Shown here in pieces: positions 37,490 through 50,610 of a stretch of 64,000 nt of DNA. The stretch is from the NCBI GenBank assembly GCA_965287045.1, contig OZ336882.1, positions 31,930,001 to 31,994,000 of the forward strand, written 5' to 3'. How positions within the stretch are numbered: position 1 is the stretch's first letter; every line of letters begins with the position of its first letter. The notes beneath the pieces were generated by a model. The model saw only the letters and a list, made by a program, of their open reading frames with translations. It was not told the DNA's origin and made no database searches. The stretch comes from Carcharhinus amblyrhynchos (Eukaryota). The translations under genes were made by a program, and so were the position numbers.

Positions 37490-38602
37490 TACATGACTGT
37501 GGCATCATTCTCAACCTGTTCCCCCTGACATGGATGATCCTTTTCCAACACCTCTCTCCCATATTCCATATGCTATGAATGCACTTGCTTGGTTTCATTC
37601 ATATCTGGTTGTTGTCAGAGAATCACCCACAATGGCTCCTCTTCCCACTCCCTCACAGTTGCCTCTGACATCCCCAAAGATACAGCTTTGAATGCCTTGC
37701 ATTTCTCAGCCACATGTTCCCCTGGCAACCAAAAACATAGCATCAGTTTTCATGTGTGATGATGACACCCAGGTCACCACCACCTTTCTCAACTTCTCCA
37801 CTGTCTTCTTTTCCTACATCCAATACTGGATGAGCAGAAATTCTCTCCAATTAAATACAAGGTATTGAGAAAACTGCAGCCACTGTGTTCAGATCCCACT
37901 ACAATCTGTGTTACTTAACCACTGACTCCATCCCTCTTCCTGACAACTGAGGCTAAACAAGACTTCTTGTAAACTTAGTGTCATATTTTGCAAAGATGAG
38001 CTTTCAACTACGTATCTACACCATCACTAAAATTGGCTAATTTCACCTCCAAGATCACTTGACCCAGCACTCCCTCAGCTAATCTGCTGCTAAAATCATA
38101 ATTCATATCTTTCTTATTTCTTTTCCTCAACTATTCCAATACACTCCAGATCACCCTCTCACATTCTCCTGTCAATAACTAGGTAATCAAAAACTCTGCT
38201 GCCCACCTTATTACTTGCACCAAGATCAGCCACCGCCAGTTTGTTGACTTACATTGGCCTCTAATTAAGCAAAACTTCAATTTTAAAATTCTCATCTCTA
38301 TTTTTAAATCCACACATGATCTTACCAAATCCTCTAATCCCACAACCTTCCAAGATACTGTGCTGTGTTAACTATAACCAATTGAACTTACTTTTTATTC
38401 GCTCCAATGTTGGTGACCGTGCCTTCAGCTGCCTCGACTCTGGGCTGCACAATTCCCTCCCTGAATCTAAAGCGTTCCTTAAAATCTCTTGACCCTAATA
38501 TCTCCTCACATGGTTCATTGTCAACTTTTCCTTTATAATGCTCCTGGAGCAGTTACGGACATTTTATTATGTTAAAGGCACTATATAAACACAAGTTGTT
38601 GT
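37490..38602 (+). mobile_element. Old L2 LINE fragment
   Basis: gatgatgacacccag (DDTQ), tggatgagcagaaattctctccaattaaa, caaaactctgctgcc, gacttacattggc; 3' end aaaggcactatataaacacaagttgttgt. Confidence 0.8.
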
Positions 38603-40737
38603 ATTTCACAAAAGGATTATGTTTCTGAAACTTCGTTTTGAAATATCCCTTAACGAAAGACATTTTTGATGTTTAAATTTTCCCCATTGCTATGCAAAAT
38701 TTATCAGACCAATAGAACCATAAGAGTTAAAATTATAATCACAAAACTGGTATTAGGAGAGAATTGTTTACCTAAATGACGATAAACATTTGGAATAATC
38801 TAGCATGCAAAGTACAAGAGTCAGACATGGATGTTGAAAATGCATTTGAAGGTTTGGCTGTCAGCGTTACAGGAGAAGCGATTCAAGTTTCGAGCCACAT
38901 GTCCTTATGCTCTTACATTATATTGCGATCAGTGCAATAACTTTATTTTAATCTGGTGGCTCCATTATGTATGGATCTATGAGCAGATTTCCAATTTCAT
39001 CCACTAAAATAATTGTAAACAATTACTATTCACGTTGGGAAAAGCAATGCAAAGGTCAGCAGTACCAGACCCCCTTCATTCCGATTTCCTGTTTAAAGCA
39101 ATGTGACCGTTTTTGGTAATGAGACAAACTAAAAGGTTGGATTACCTCTATCATATTTTGTTTCTTGACCCTCTCAGTTTACATGACTGGAATTTCATGG
39201 CAGTGGGCACTAGGCCAGTAACAAATTTCAACATAATCCAGGGGGGTATAATTAAATGCAAAAGGAGGAAGTTGCCAGGACAAGTACTTGGTTTCAATGT
39301 ACTCAAAGCGGTAAAGCCCGTTCTAATGATGTAGTCTCTTGCACAGACATTGATTAAAAATGGATTTTAAGACCTAAATTGAGGCCAAATATGAAGCAAA
39401 ATAGTTCATGGGTACTTTCAAATAACCAACTTAAACAAGGAAACCCCTGGTCTGGATTTAAGCTAAAGATAGTTTTTATTGCTCAGACCTCTCTCCTGCT
39501 CTCCCCACCCCCCGCAAATAGGTATTTGGTTACTTCTTCCTGCTTTCCTATTCTGTCTGAGATTTTGAGATGAAATTGATGTAGATTACGTAGAAGAAAT
39601 ACAAAAATTAGTTCTGATTGGAATAAGAAGTGTGTGGTGAACTGGGTTGCTGAGTCCTTCACTGCCCCAGTAACAACAGCGCTGAACTCAGTATCTTGGC
39701 AAAGGTAATGCAAAATCTTAGAACAACATTTAAAAAAGAGTGACCACTATGCTGTAGGTCCACAGGGCATTTCTTTGGTTGCGCCAAATCTGAGGCCAAA
39801 TATCAAATTATTTCAGCTTCCAAAATTATGCATAGTTCCCAGAATGTTCATAATCATTACTAACAATCTAATGTTACAAAACAGTAGTGATTTAAAATAT
39901 TTTCAAAGAATAACAAGTGGTCAAACTGAAGAACCATGTTCATTTAATAGTACAATTTGTCATCTTCCTCAGATATTTACAATGAGATAATTCATGTAGC
40001 AAAAAAAAGACTTGATGGAAAATACCACAAAGTATTTATACAAACGGTTTGAGAGCCAGTGGACATTCAGAATTGAGGACTATACATTTGAACAATAAAG
40101 CACTCTAACAAAGATTTTAAATGTGTCAGAATATATTCTGTGGTTGATACATATATAATCCTAAGTAATTAAAATGTAATATGGCTGCCCTTACCAAAAG
40201 GCCATTTTCAAATGCACATTTTCTCAAAGGCAGAACTATCATATTTCCATTGTAATGGTATATTGTTGAGGCCAACTTATCTTTATACTTCAGCAGTTTT
40301 TTTTTAAAACAGATGTATTTGACAGTTGATATTGGTTTGATTTCTCAAAAAGGTATTCCAATCCACAGATCAGAATTGGACTGAAAGCACATCTCCATTT
40401 TATGCTTGTATAAATTTTCTGAAGAAATCAATAAAATGTCTAAAAGCCAATATTGGAGAGCAATCATTTAATATTTAACTCTCAGCACCCCTCCCTCCAC
40501 TAATTTCGGATTTTTGAAAATAACATGAGTTCTGCTTGTGGGAGAGTCTAAAATAAGGGACCATAAATATAAGATACCCACTAATAAATGAAATAAGGAA
40601 TTCAGGAGAAACAGCTTTACTCAGAGTGGTGAGGATGTAGAACTTGCTACCCAAATGGAGTAGTTAAGACAAATAGTATTGATGCATTTCAAGAGAAGCT
40701 ACATAGGTATATAAGAGAAAACATTAGGAAATGTTGC

Positions 40738-41392
40738 GTGCTATCTACATCAATGGGGACAAAGTAGAAATGGTTGGGTGCTTCAAGTTTTTAGGTGTCC
40801 AGATCACCAACAACTTGTCCTGGTCCCCCCATGCTGAAAATATAGTTAAGAAAGCCCAGCAATGCCTCTACTTCCTCAGGAGACTAAGGAAATTTGACAC
40901 ACCTGCTATGACTCTCACCAACTTTTACAGATGCAACATAGAAAGCATTCTTTCTGTTTGTATCACAGCTTGGTATGGCTCCTACTCTGTCCAAGATCAC
41001 AAGAAATTACAAAGGGTTGTGAGCGAAGCCCATTTCATCACTCAAATTAGCCTCCAACCCATTGACAGTGTCTACACTTCCCACTGCCTCAAAAGCAGTC
41101 AGCATAATCGAGGATCACATGCACCCCAGACATATTCCTTTCCATCTTCTTCCGTCAGAAAACAGATACAAAAGTCTGAGGTCACATACCAACCAATTCA
41201 AGATCAGTTTCTATCTTGCTGCCATCAGACTTTTGACTGGACCTACCTAGCATCAAGTTGATCTTTCTCTGCACCCTAGCTATGACTGTAACATTACATT
41301 CTGCACTCTCTCCTTCTCCAAGAATGACATGCTTTGTCTACAGCACGCAAGAAACAATACTTTTCACTGTATACTAATAAATAAAATCAAAT
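40738..41392 (+). mobile_element. Rex1/Babar-type LINE 3' fragment
   Basis: ORF 40731-41261 FKFLGVQITNNLSW..LYFLRRLRKF..CITAWYG; follows a CR1 3' remnant (40530-40730). Confidence 0.85.
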
Positions 41393-41699
41393 GTTGTCAG
41401 AGTGAAATGAAGCATGGTGGAAGGAGGCCCAGGGGCAACAAAAACAGTATTGGGCATTTTTGTGCTCTTCCATGCAAGATGTAATGCATCCTTGTATTTT
41501 CATTGGATAATCCCATTAGACTTCTATAAGGAGCTTTGAATTCAGTCATAATTGAATCTAAGCATTTCATAGAAATTATTTCTCTTTAAAATCATGCACT
41601 ATGGAAAATACAGTTCAAAAAACTATGTAATTCCTGTAACTCTAGTCTACTGATGAGCTCTACGGCAATTAAAAATTGTCTTGTGCATAGAGTTGCCTC

Positions 41700-42643
41700 A
41701 TCTGGTGCAGATCACGCCAATCTTGGAAAATAGTGTGTGGGCCTAAAAATCGCTTCTACACCTCGTGCCAAATGGATTGCAATCGTCCTGGTCCCTTTCT
41801 AATGGCGCAAACCGGATAAGGCCAGGAAGGGTGCGAGATCAATTAGCATATTTAAAGTGGCATTTAAATATAATCAGTTGGTTTAAAACCCAGCTCCCAG
41901 AATCTTCTAACCCACGAGTGTGGCACGAGAACAGTGAGAACAATAGTGGTCCCGACCAGCAGAGACCAGGAGCAATGGCCATGCCTGGGAGGGTGTTGGG
42001 GGGGGGGGGGGGGGGGGGGTGCGCTCAGAGGTCATTGAAGCCCTGGGTGGTTGGGGACATGACCAGAGAATACTGACCTGACAGTGTACATCAGGCACCC
42101 CGGCGGTGCCAGTTGAACACTGCAAATGTGCCTGGCATGATGGGGAGGGCTGTGCAGAAGAGATCAACCAGAGTGACGCTATGAAGAGGTGGAGTATGAT
42201 GGGGGATTTGCAGGGTGGAGCTTGAAGGGGGTCACAACGGGGGTGGCATATCAGGGGCCAGGCAAGGGGACCCACAGGGAGGGCTCCAATGCTGGTGACC
42301 CATGACTGTGGACGGAGGGGGGGGTGAGGGGAGAATAGTTGGGGAATGTGCACAGATGAAGGGGAGCGATCCCAGTGTTCATGGGGAGAGAAGTGGTGGT
42401 TTCCCAGTGCACTGTGAGATCAGGGTGCCCTTGCAAAATGGTGCTTGAGCACACTGAAGCTGGGCTCACCTGTGTGTGTTTAGCTGACGGTCCCCACCCC
42501 CCAATCAGTATCGGTATGCAACTTACCACTCTCCAAAAAGAAAATATGGGACGATTGCGGTGCAGAATGTGCCTGGGAGACAGGTGTGGATCACTCTCTT
42601 ATTCTCACTATTATGACAGTTTATTTTGGGAAAATTCCACCCA
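41700..42643. mobile_element. GC-rich non-autonomous element
   Basis: gcatatttaaagtggcatttaaat core, long G run, end gggaaaattccaccc. Confidence 0.55.
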
Positions 42644-43324
42644 TAAATAAGTAAAAGTTTAAATATTCCCCACCGCTAATCATTGTGTTTCTTTTAAAAG
42701 AAAGCAAAATTGTGCTTAACTTGCTCATAAATTCAGAGTTAAAATGAGATTCTTATGCAAAATTTCTCTGAGTGCATTCAAAATTTTGTTACAGACATTG
42801 CATAAAGTTATTTGAATACAGGTCCTTACATACTTCTAAATAAGGTCATTTTCAATAACCACTATCCAAGGTTGGTAACATGCAGAAATTGTCATCTTAA
42901 AGTGCAAAATAAAAATTCCAAATCCGGAATAAAATGTAATATTGGTGTCAACATGAGAAACACGTAAATGTAGCAACTCGATTGTTAAAAACAGGAAATG
43001 TACAGTCATGGATGCACCACAACACATTTTATATTCTCCCATTTTACTTCAATGGGATGCTTCCGAAGGTTATTCTGGTCATAATTAAATAGTGAATAAA
43101 CTATACCTGGCCCTACACCTTTCTTTATAAATCAAGGAATTTCAAAATTGCGGCAACCTCCTCTATGGAAAATAGAACTTCATACAACATGGATACTTAG
43201 TCAGTTTCGAAAATATTGCAGTCAATTTTAATTGTTATTTTTCACTGCACAGGTTTCTTTAAAGTGCTATCATATCAGCTAATTTAAATAATCATTTGCA
43301 GCAATTTAGCGAGGTTATAAGTTT

Positions 43325-43428
43325 CCTTTTAATAGTGACTACATTTCGAAAGTACTCATGGACTGTGAAGCACTTGGAGACTTCCAGTGATCGTGAAAAG
43401 CGCAGACGCAGATCCTTCGTTTTCTTTA
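43325..43428 (+). mobile_element. DeuSINE tail fragment just downstream of the GALNT10 stop
   Basis: agtgactacatttcgaaagtactc..gatcgtgaaaagcgc. Further minus-strand fragments at 1160-1260 and 24960-25070. Confidence 0.65.
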
Positions 43429-43549
43429 ATCAAATTAGAAAATAAATTGGCAAAGAGTGAGCTGGCTAATAGCTCGGATGAGGTATGAACCATAGTGACA
43501 TGTATACTCTCTGCTTTTCACCTGCCAAGGCACTAGAAATTAGCTCAAG

Positions 43550-43555
43550 TTTATT
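43550..43555 (-). terminator. Candidate proximal polyadenylation signal (AATAAA) of GALNT10
   Basis: tttatt on plus, about 205 nt after the stop codon. More distal signals exist, so the true 3' end cannot be fixed from sequence. Confidence 0.3.
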
Positions 43556-43760
43556 ATTTCAGCATACAAGCATTTGTACACTTCAAGAGCATATGATGTC
43601 ATCACTGAAACACCAGCCTATACCTGATTCATTCCTGAGATTAACCTTTCAAAATACCATAATTATAAAAAAAAACCTGGATTTGGCTATAAAAACATCC
43701 CATAGAAACCACCCTCAATAAAAATGAATGATTACATCTCAGTGTTTTAAATACAAGTCA

Positions 43761-43925
43761 CTACAAGTTTTGGGCGTTCATATATTCCAAGACTGTTGCA
43801 TTTATATTTTCAAATATCCATTGTTGTGTAGGAGACGAGGGATTACAGGTATTCATAAAAATGTTTTTATCTGTTGCACTGCAGTCCATACAGCTATTAC
43901 TGACTGGATGGTACAGAGTCTTGTC
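43761..43925 (-). CDS. GALNT10: GALNT10 last coding exon, lectin gamma subdomain and stop
   Basis: Not in ORF track; read by hand. tcttctag|GAC to TAG, 55 codons: [54 protein letters not shown]. Confidence 0.93.
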   Translation of the reverse strand, partial: DKTLYHPVSNSCMDCSATDKNIFMNTCNPSSPTQQWIFENINATVLEYMNAQNL

Positions 43926-45033
43926 CTAGAAGACAGAATAAAAAAAATTGAGTAAATGATTTTGGTATCAGTATGGTGAACATCTACTATATGTACATTT
44001 CCTTCTGCTAACAGGCTTAACCTGTCTTGCTTAAGAGAGATAAAATTTCCTTTGGGTACAAAGGGAGAATTAAAATAAACCAGCTTAGAGTTTCAGTAGT
44101 CCTTCATGTAATGTAAACATGTCTTGATGTTAATCAAAGGTACGGCTGAGTGCAAGTATGATGATCTTGAAGCTCACTATACTTCACCTCCTGCAGAGGA
44201 GAAAATAGTGAAGGAGATCAAAAAAATGCTTTGAAATGTTGGAAATATTCAATAGGTCATCAGTTAAGAATGTCTGTCATGGCGCAAATTGTACCATTTG
44301 TTCTCCTCAAGCTTCAACTCACCTGCGAAAATCAACTTGCCACTCAGAACTCATTTTGTAGAATGTAACATTTTTGTGAACTAATGAAAATCAGGCAGCA
44401 TTTTATAAATTTTGCTTAAAAGATATTCTTGATGCAGTTCAACTATAGAAAATAAGCATTTTTAATTCCAAAGTCAATTCTCTACCTGTCAGTAACCCAA
44501 AATTACTTAAAAAGGCTTTAAAAATATATATACAAAGCCATTTACCAATAAATCGCCATTTGTTGGAGTACAACATTCGATTTTAGTAAATTTTTGAGAA
44601 CATTAAATTAGAAAACATGCTAATGGAGTCCTTGCATCCAAAGTTCCTTGGAGTTTAAAACAGTAATGGGAGACTTCATTCAAACATATAAGATCCCAAG
44701 AGGGTTTGACAGGATAGATGGTGAGATGTTTTCACTGGTAGGAGAGGCTTGGGCTAAGGGGAAATGGCACAGAAAAGAAGTTGAGGCCAGCTAAATTGTA
44801 TTGAATGTTGAGATCAAAAAGGAGAAGGTATTGAGAAACATTAAGGTAGACAAGTCCCCAAGGCCTGATGAGATATACCCCAAAATACTGAGAGAAGAAA
44901 GGGAGGAAATTGTTGGGGTCTTGAGAGAAATCTTTGGATCCTCACTGCCTACAGGGCAGGTCCCAGAGGATTGGAGAATAGCTAATGTTGTTCCCTTGTT
45001 TAAGATGGGTAGCAAAAATAATCCAGGTAATTA

Positions 45034-45498
45034 AGAACATAAGAAATAGGAGCAGGAGTAGGCCATCTAGCCCTTCGAGCCTGCCCCGCCGTTCAATAAG
45101 ATCATGGCTGATCTGAAGTGGATCAGTTCCACTTTCCCGCTCTCTCCCCATAACCCTTAAAAACCTATCTACCCGCAACTTAAATATATTTAGTGAGGTG
45201 GCCTCCACCACTTACAATGGGCAGAGAATTCCAGAGATTCACCACCCTTTGAGTGAAGAAGTTCCTCCTCAACTCTGATCTAAACTGCACCCCCCCTTAT
45301 CTTGAGGCTGTGCCCTCTAGTCCTGCTATCCTTTCTAAGCAGGAAGAATCTCTCTACCTCTACCTTATCCATCCCTTTCATTATCTTATACGTCTCTATA
45401 AGATCCCCCTCATCCTTCTAAACTCCAGCGAGTACAGACCCAGTCTATTTAGTCTCTCTTCATAGTCCAACTCCCTCATGTCTGGTATCAGCCTAGTG
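45034..45498 (-). mobile_element. CR1 3' fragment, slightly older relative of the young family
   Basis: Same tail and 3' UTR with more substitutions; flanked by aatta (45029-45033 and 45499-45503); splits the host CR1 motif PGN|YRPV. Confidence 0.9.
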
Positions 45499-46573
45499 AA
45501 TTACAGGCCAGTTAGGATTTACTCCCATTTGGAAATAACTGGACGTATTAGTGAGGCAACATGGTTTTGTGAAGGGGAGGTCACGTCTTTCGAGGTGGTG
45601 ACGAAAATGCTTGATGAGAGTAGGGCAGTGGATGTTATCTACATGGGCTTCAATAAGGCCTTTGACAAGGTCCCTCATGGCAGACTGGTGCAAAAGGTGA
45701 AGTCGCATGGGATCAGAGGTGAGCTGGCAAGGTGGATACAGAACTGGCTCAGTCACAGAAGACAGAGGGTAGCAGTGGAAGGGTGTGTTTCTGAATGGAA
45801 GGCTGTGACAAGTGGCATTCCTCAGGGATCAGTGCTGGGACCTTTGCTGTTCGTAATATATATATAAACGATTTGGAGGACAATGGAATTGGTTTGATTA
45901 GTAAGTTTGCGATCAACAAAGGTTGGTGGATTTGCGGATAGAGATGAGGACCATTAGAGGATACAGCAGGATATAGACAGGTTGGAGGCTTGGGCGGCGA
46001 GATGGCAGATGGAGTTTAATCCAGACAAATGTGAGGTGATGCATTTTGGAAGGTCTAATAAAGATAGGAAATATACAGTAAATAGCAGAACCCTTAAGAG
46101 TACTGATAGGCAGAGGGATCTGGGCGTACAAGTACACAGGTCACTGAAACACAGATGGAGAAGGTAGTCAAGAAGGTATGCTTGTCTTCATCGGCCGGGG
46201 CATTGAGTTTAAAAATTGGCAAGTCATGTTGCAGCTTTATAGGAACTTAGGCCGCACTTGGAATATAGTGTTCAATTCTGGTCGTAGGATGTAGAGACTT
46301 TGAAGAGGGTACAGAAAAGACTTACCAGCATGTTGCCTGATATGGAGGGCATTAGCAATGAGAAGAGGTTGGGAAAACTTGGTTTGTTCTCACAGGAACA
46401 ACAGACGTTGAGGGGCAATCTCATAGAAATCTACAAAATTATGAGGGACAGATTGGAGTAAGAAGCTTTTTCCCAGGGTGGAAGAATCAATTACTAGGGG
46501 GCACAGATTTAAGGTGCGAGGGACAAGGTTTAAAAGGGATGTATGAGGCAGGTTTGTTTTTTTTTTACACAGA

Positions 46574-47097
46574 ACATAAGAACATAAGGAATAGGAGCAG
46601 GAGTAGGCCATCTAGCCCTTCGAGCCTGCCCCACCATTCAATAAGATCATGGCTGATCTGTCGCTGCTCAGTTCCACTTTCCCGCCCTCTCCCCATAACC
46701 CTTAATCCCCTCTCTCATCAAAAACCCATCAACCCGCGTCTTAAAAATATTTAGCGAGGCAGCCTCCACCACTTCAACGGGCAGAGAATTCCAGAGATTC
46801 ACCACCCTTTGAGTGAAGAAGTTCCTCCTCAACTCCGTTCTAAACCGCCCCCCCTTTATCTTGAGGCTGTGCCCCCTAGTCCTACTGTCTTTTTTGAGTG
46901 GGAAGAGTCTCTCCACCTCTATCCTATCCATCCCATTCATCATCTTATACGTCTCAATGAGATCTCCCCTCATTCTTCTAAACTCCAACGAGTACAAGCC
47001 TAGTTTATTCAGCCTCTCCTCATAGCTCAACCCCCTCAACTCCGGTATCAGCCTAGTAAACCTCCTCTGCACTCCCTCCAAGGCCAAAATATCTTTG
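46574..47097 (-). mobile_element. Young CR1 3' fragment
   Basis: Near-identical to 10508-11040; flanked by cacaga (46568-46573 and 47098-47103); nested in an old CR1. Confidence 0.95.
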
Positions 47098-47394
47098 CAC
47101 AGAGGGTGGTGGGTGCCTAGAACTCATTGTCTGGGAAGGTGGTAGAAGCAGATACAGTCATGGGTTTTAAGGGACATTTGGACAAATACATGATTGGGTT
47201 TGGAAATAAAGGGATATGGTTCCCGGAAGGGTAGGAGGTTTTAGTTCAGGGAAGCATAGTCGGTGCAAGCTTGGAGGACCGAAGGGCCTGTCTCTATGCT
47301 ATCATTTTCTTGAATGGTGGGGCAGGCTTGAGAGGCCAGGTGGCCTACTCCTGCTTCTATTTCTTACGTTCAAAATTAAGCCAGCTTAATTTGA

Positions 47395-49975
47395 GGTTCT
47401 GATGATTGATCATTAGCCAGAAACATTAGCTTTTTCTCTCTCTCAAACAAAGAACAAAGAACAACCCAGCACGGGAAACAGGCCCTTCAGCCCAACGAGC
47501 CCGCGCCGCCATTTCAACAAAGCATTTTCCTACACCTACCCTGCCCCGTGTGTACGTGAATGGTACCCCTAATGTAGCCAGATTCAGGGGAGAATAGTGT
47601 AGGGTCAATTTGGTACACCAATCAGCCTAAGAGCACATCATTGGGGTGTGGGAGGAAACCGGAGCACCCGGAGGAAACCCACACAACCACAGGGAGAATG
47701 TGCAAACTCCCACAGACACTGGCTCAAATCCATGTATCTGCACAGCTAGCAGTGATAGTCACTGAGCTGTTGTGGTGCCCATCTGCTGGTCCAGGATTAA
47801 GCACACACAACAACACGAAGTACTAGGCCGCTCTCGAAACCTCCAAGAGCAGCCCACGCACGACCCACCGTGTGCATGCCCCTCGTTTGACAACAAGGTG
47901 GACTGACACCTGTGGATTAAAGAGACAAAAACATTAACATGTAATACTACATTTCCAGTGTCGCCCCGAGGCTCTGACCCTTTTTAATACCATCTACTAT
48001 AACCCTCCATCCCTGTTTCGCTCATGTGTCTATCTAAGTAAACCTTAAACAAGTCCAACATGCCTGCCTCCACCACCTTACTTGGTAGCGCGTTCCATAC
48101 CCCCACAACCCTCTGCGTGAAAAACCTTCCTCTAGTATCCAAATTATACTTCTCCCCCCTCACCCTTAGATCGTGACCTCTCGTAATTATCCCCAATCTA
48201 GGGAAAAGCCTACCACTGTTAACTCTATCTATTCCCTTCATTATTTTATACACCTCTATCAGCTCCCCCCTTAATCTCTGTCTTTCTAAGGAGAAGATCC
48301 CCAGTTTTTCCAACCTTTCCTCGTAACTCAGTCCTTCCATGCCAGGCAACGTCCTGGTAAACCTCCTCCGCACCCTCTCCAGGGTCTCCACATCCTTCCA
48401 GTAGTAAGGTAACCAGAACTGGACGCAGTACTCCAAATGCGGTCTAACCAACGTTCTGTACAACTGAAGCATTAGACGACAGCTCTTATACTCTATATCC
48501 CTTACTATAAAGGCTAGCATTCCGTACGCTTTCTTCACAACCTTCTCTACCTGTGTTGACACCTTCAGAGACTTGTGCACCTGCACTCCCAGGTCCCTCT
48601 GTATTTCTATACTCTTAATCAGTCTACCTTTTATCATGTAACTCCTCCCTGCATTATTCCTTCCAAAATGCATCACCTCGCATTTGTCAGGATTAAATTC
48701 CATCTGCCATATATACCAACCTATCTATATCCTGCTGTGTCACCTGACAGTCTTCCTCAGTATCTGCCAATCCTGCCATCTTGGTGTCATCTGCAAACTT
48801 GCTGATCACGCCACGTACGCCCTCTTCCAAGTCGTTTATATATAATACAAAGAGGAGAGGTTCCAGTACTGAGCCCTGTGGCACATCACTGGTGACTGAC
48901 TTCCAGCCAGAAAAGGACCCTTCCACTACTACTCTCTGTCTCCTATTGCCCAGCCAGTTTTCAATCCATCTAGCTACCTGTCCTTGTATCCCATGTGCCT
49001 CAACCTTTTCTACCAGCCTACCGTGAAGGACTTTGTCAAACGCCTTACTGAAATCCATATAGATGACATCAACGGCTCGCCCATCGTCAACCATTTTTGT
49101 CACCTCCTCAAAAAATTCTACCAGATTCGTAAGGCAAGACCTCCCATGAACAAAGCCATGTTGCGTATCCCTAATCAGATCGCAACACTCCAAATGCTCA
49201 TACATCCTATCCCTAAGAATTTTTTCCAATAATTTTCCTACCACTGATGTCAAACTCACTGGTCTATAATTACCAGGGTTATCCTTACTACCCTTTTTAA
49301 ACAGTGGTACCACATTAGCTATCCTCCAGTCCTCTGGGACCTCACCTGTGTCCAAAGAAGAGACAAAGATTTGCGTCAGAGGCCCAGCAATTTCATCTCT
49401 CACCTCCCTAAGCAGCCTGGGATAAATACCATCAGGCCCCGGAGCTTTATCCGTCTTTATGCTACCTAAAAACCCTAGCACTTCCTCCCTCGTAATGGAT
49501 ATTTCCTTCCACTGACCTACAGATCCCTCCAAGACATTGCACGGCACCAAACCCCTCTCCTTCATGAATACCGACGCAAAGTATTCATTCAGGATCTCCC
49601 CCATTCCCTCAGACTCGATGCATAGCTCCCCTCCTTTGTCCCTAAGAAGACCAATTTTCCCTCTAACCACTCTCTTGCTCCTAATATAAGAGTAAAATGC
49701 CTTTGGATTTTCTTTAATCCTATCAGCCAAAGACATTTCATGCCCTCTTTTCGCCCTTCTAACTCCCCTTTTAAGCTCCCTCCTACTCTCTCTATATTCC
49801 TCCAGCGCACTCTCCGTTCCCAGTTGTTTCGACCTAACATATGCCTCCCTCTTCTTCCTGACTAAGTCTTCGATACCCCCTGTAATCTCTCCACAGATAC
49901 CGTCTGACCTGTTCAGTGTTTCCAGCAATTTTCATTTTTATTTTGGATTTCGAGCATCTGCAGTATTTTAATTTT
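47395..49975 (+). mobile_element. Second-family Penelope pLTR remnant split by a CR1 (pieces 47395-47444 and 49886-49975)
   Basis: ctgatga..gaaacattagc..tttctctc joins tctctccacagat..tgacctgttcagtgtttccagca, matching 30645-30760. Confidence 0.7.
47445..49885 (-). mobile_element. CR1 LINE of a second subfamily, 5'-truncated, one frameshift, long 3' UTR with V-SINE-like core
   Basis: ORFs 48693-49928 and 47984-48703 are consecutive RT parts; tail (ttctttg)n at 47445-47464; tctctc on both sides (47439-47444 and 49886-49891). Confidence 0.9.
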
Positions 49976-50471
49976 GTACTAATTTTCAGAGCCTGTTTGT
50001 AGCTTGCAAGCGGGAGTACAATTAGTGGAAATTTCCAATGATGATTACTTCATCCTGGAGGAATGTCCAGTTGTGGGTGGGGCTGGCTCCTAGTGTGACT
50101 CTTTACAACCAATGCCAGTGATTATGAAAACTCAATTTATATTGAATATAACTGCCACTTAAAATTCAACGTTTGGATGAATTTCATTGAAAGAAACAGC
50201 GTGACCAAACAAAAGCTCTACCTACCAATTTTACAATAGTGCAACCAACCAGAATCAACAATGTTAGCCATTGGACCTTCAGCTAACTAGACAATGATCA
50301 CAATTGTTAACTGAGATTTGGTCAGAATTTCCGCAGAAAACATTTCTGTCACTGTCAACCAGAGAATGTGGGAAGGATTACGTTCCACGTTGGTTTGGTA
50401 GGTCATAGTGCCTATGGAAATTTATTTAAACTGTACCATATTACTTTATCAAGCAAGTATAATATTAATAG

Positions 50472-50610
50472 AAGATCTTGTGGTGCAGTGGTAGCATCCC
50501 TACCGCTGGACTAGAAGCTTCAAGCTCAAGTCCAACACCAAAACTTATTGGCCGCAGAAACAGCGTTCAACGTGGTTGTTCAGGCTGATAATCAGCTCAG
50601 AAATCCTTCC
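50472..50610 (+). mobile_element. tRNA-derived SINE remnant
   Basis: gtggtgcagtggtagc (A box) and agctcaagtcc (degenerate B box). Confidence 0.55.

Larger units (their letters stand above)
44770..47370 (+). mobile_element. Older CR1 (RT to 3' end) hosting two younger CR1 insertions
   Basis: Broken ORFs 44801-45034, 45478-45867 and 45982-46167 carry DKSP, AFDKV, PQGSVLGP and MEFNPDKC motifs. Confidence 0.88.

Noticed and set aside
29960-43760. SAP30L or another intervening gene
   Set aside because: No matching exons recognised; the interval is mostly repeats and possible 3' UTR.
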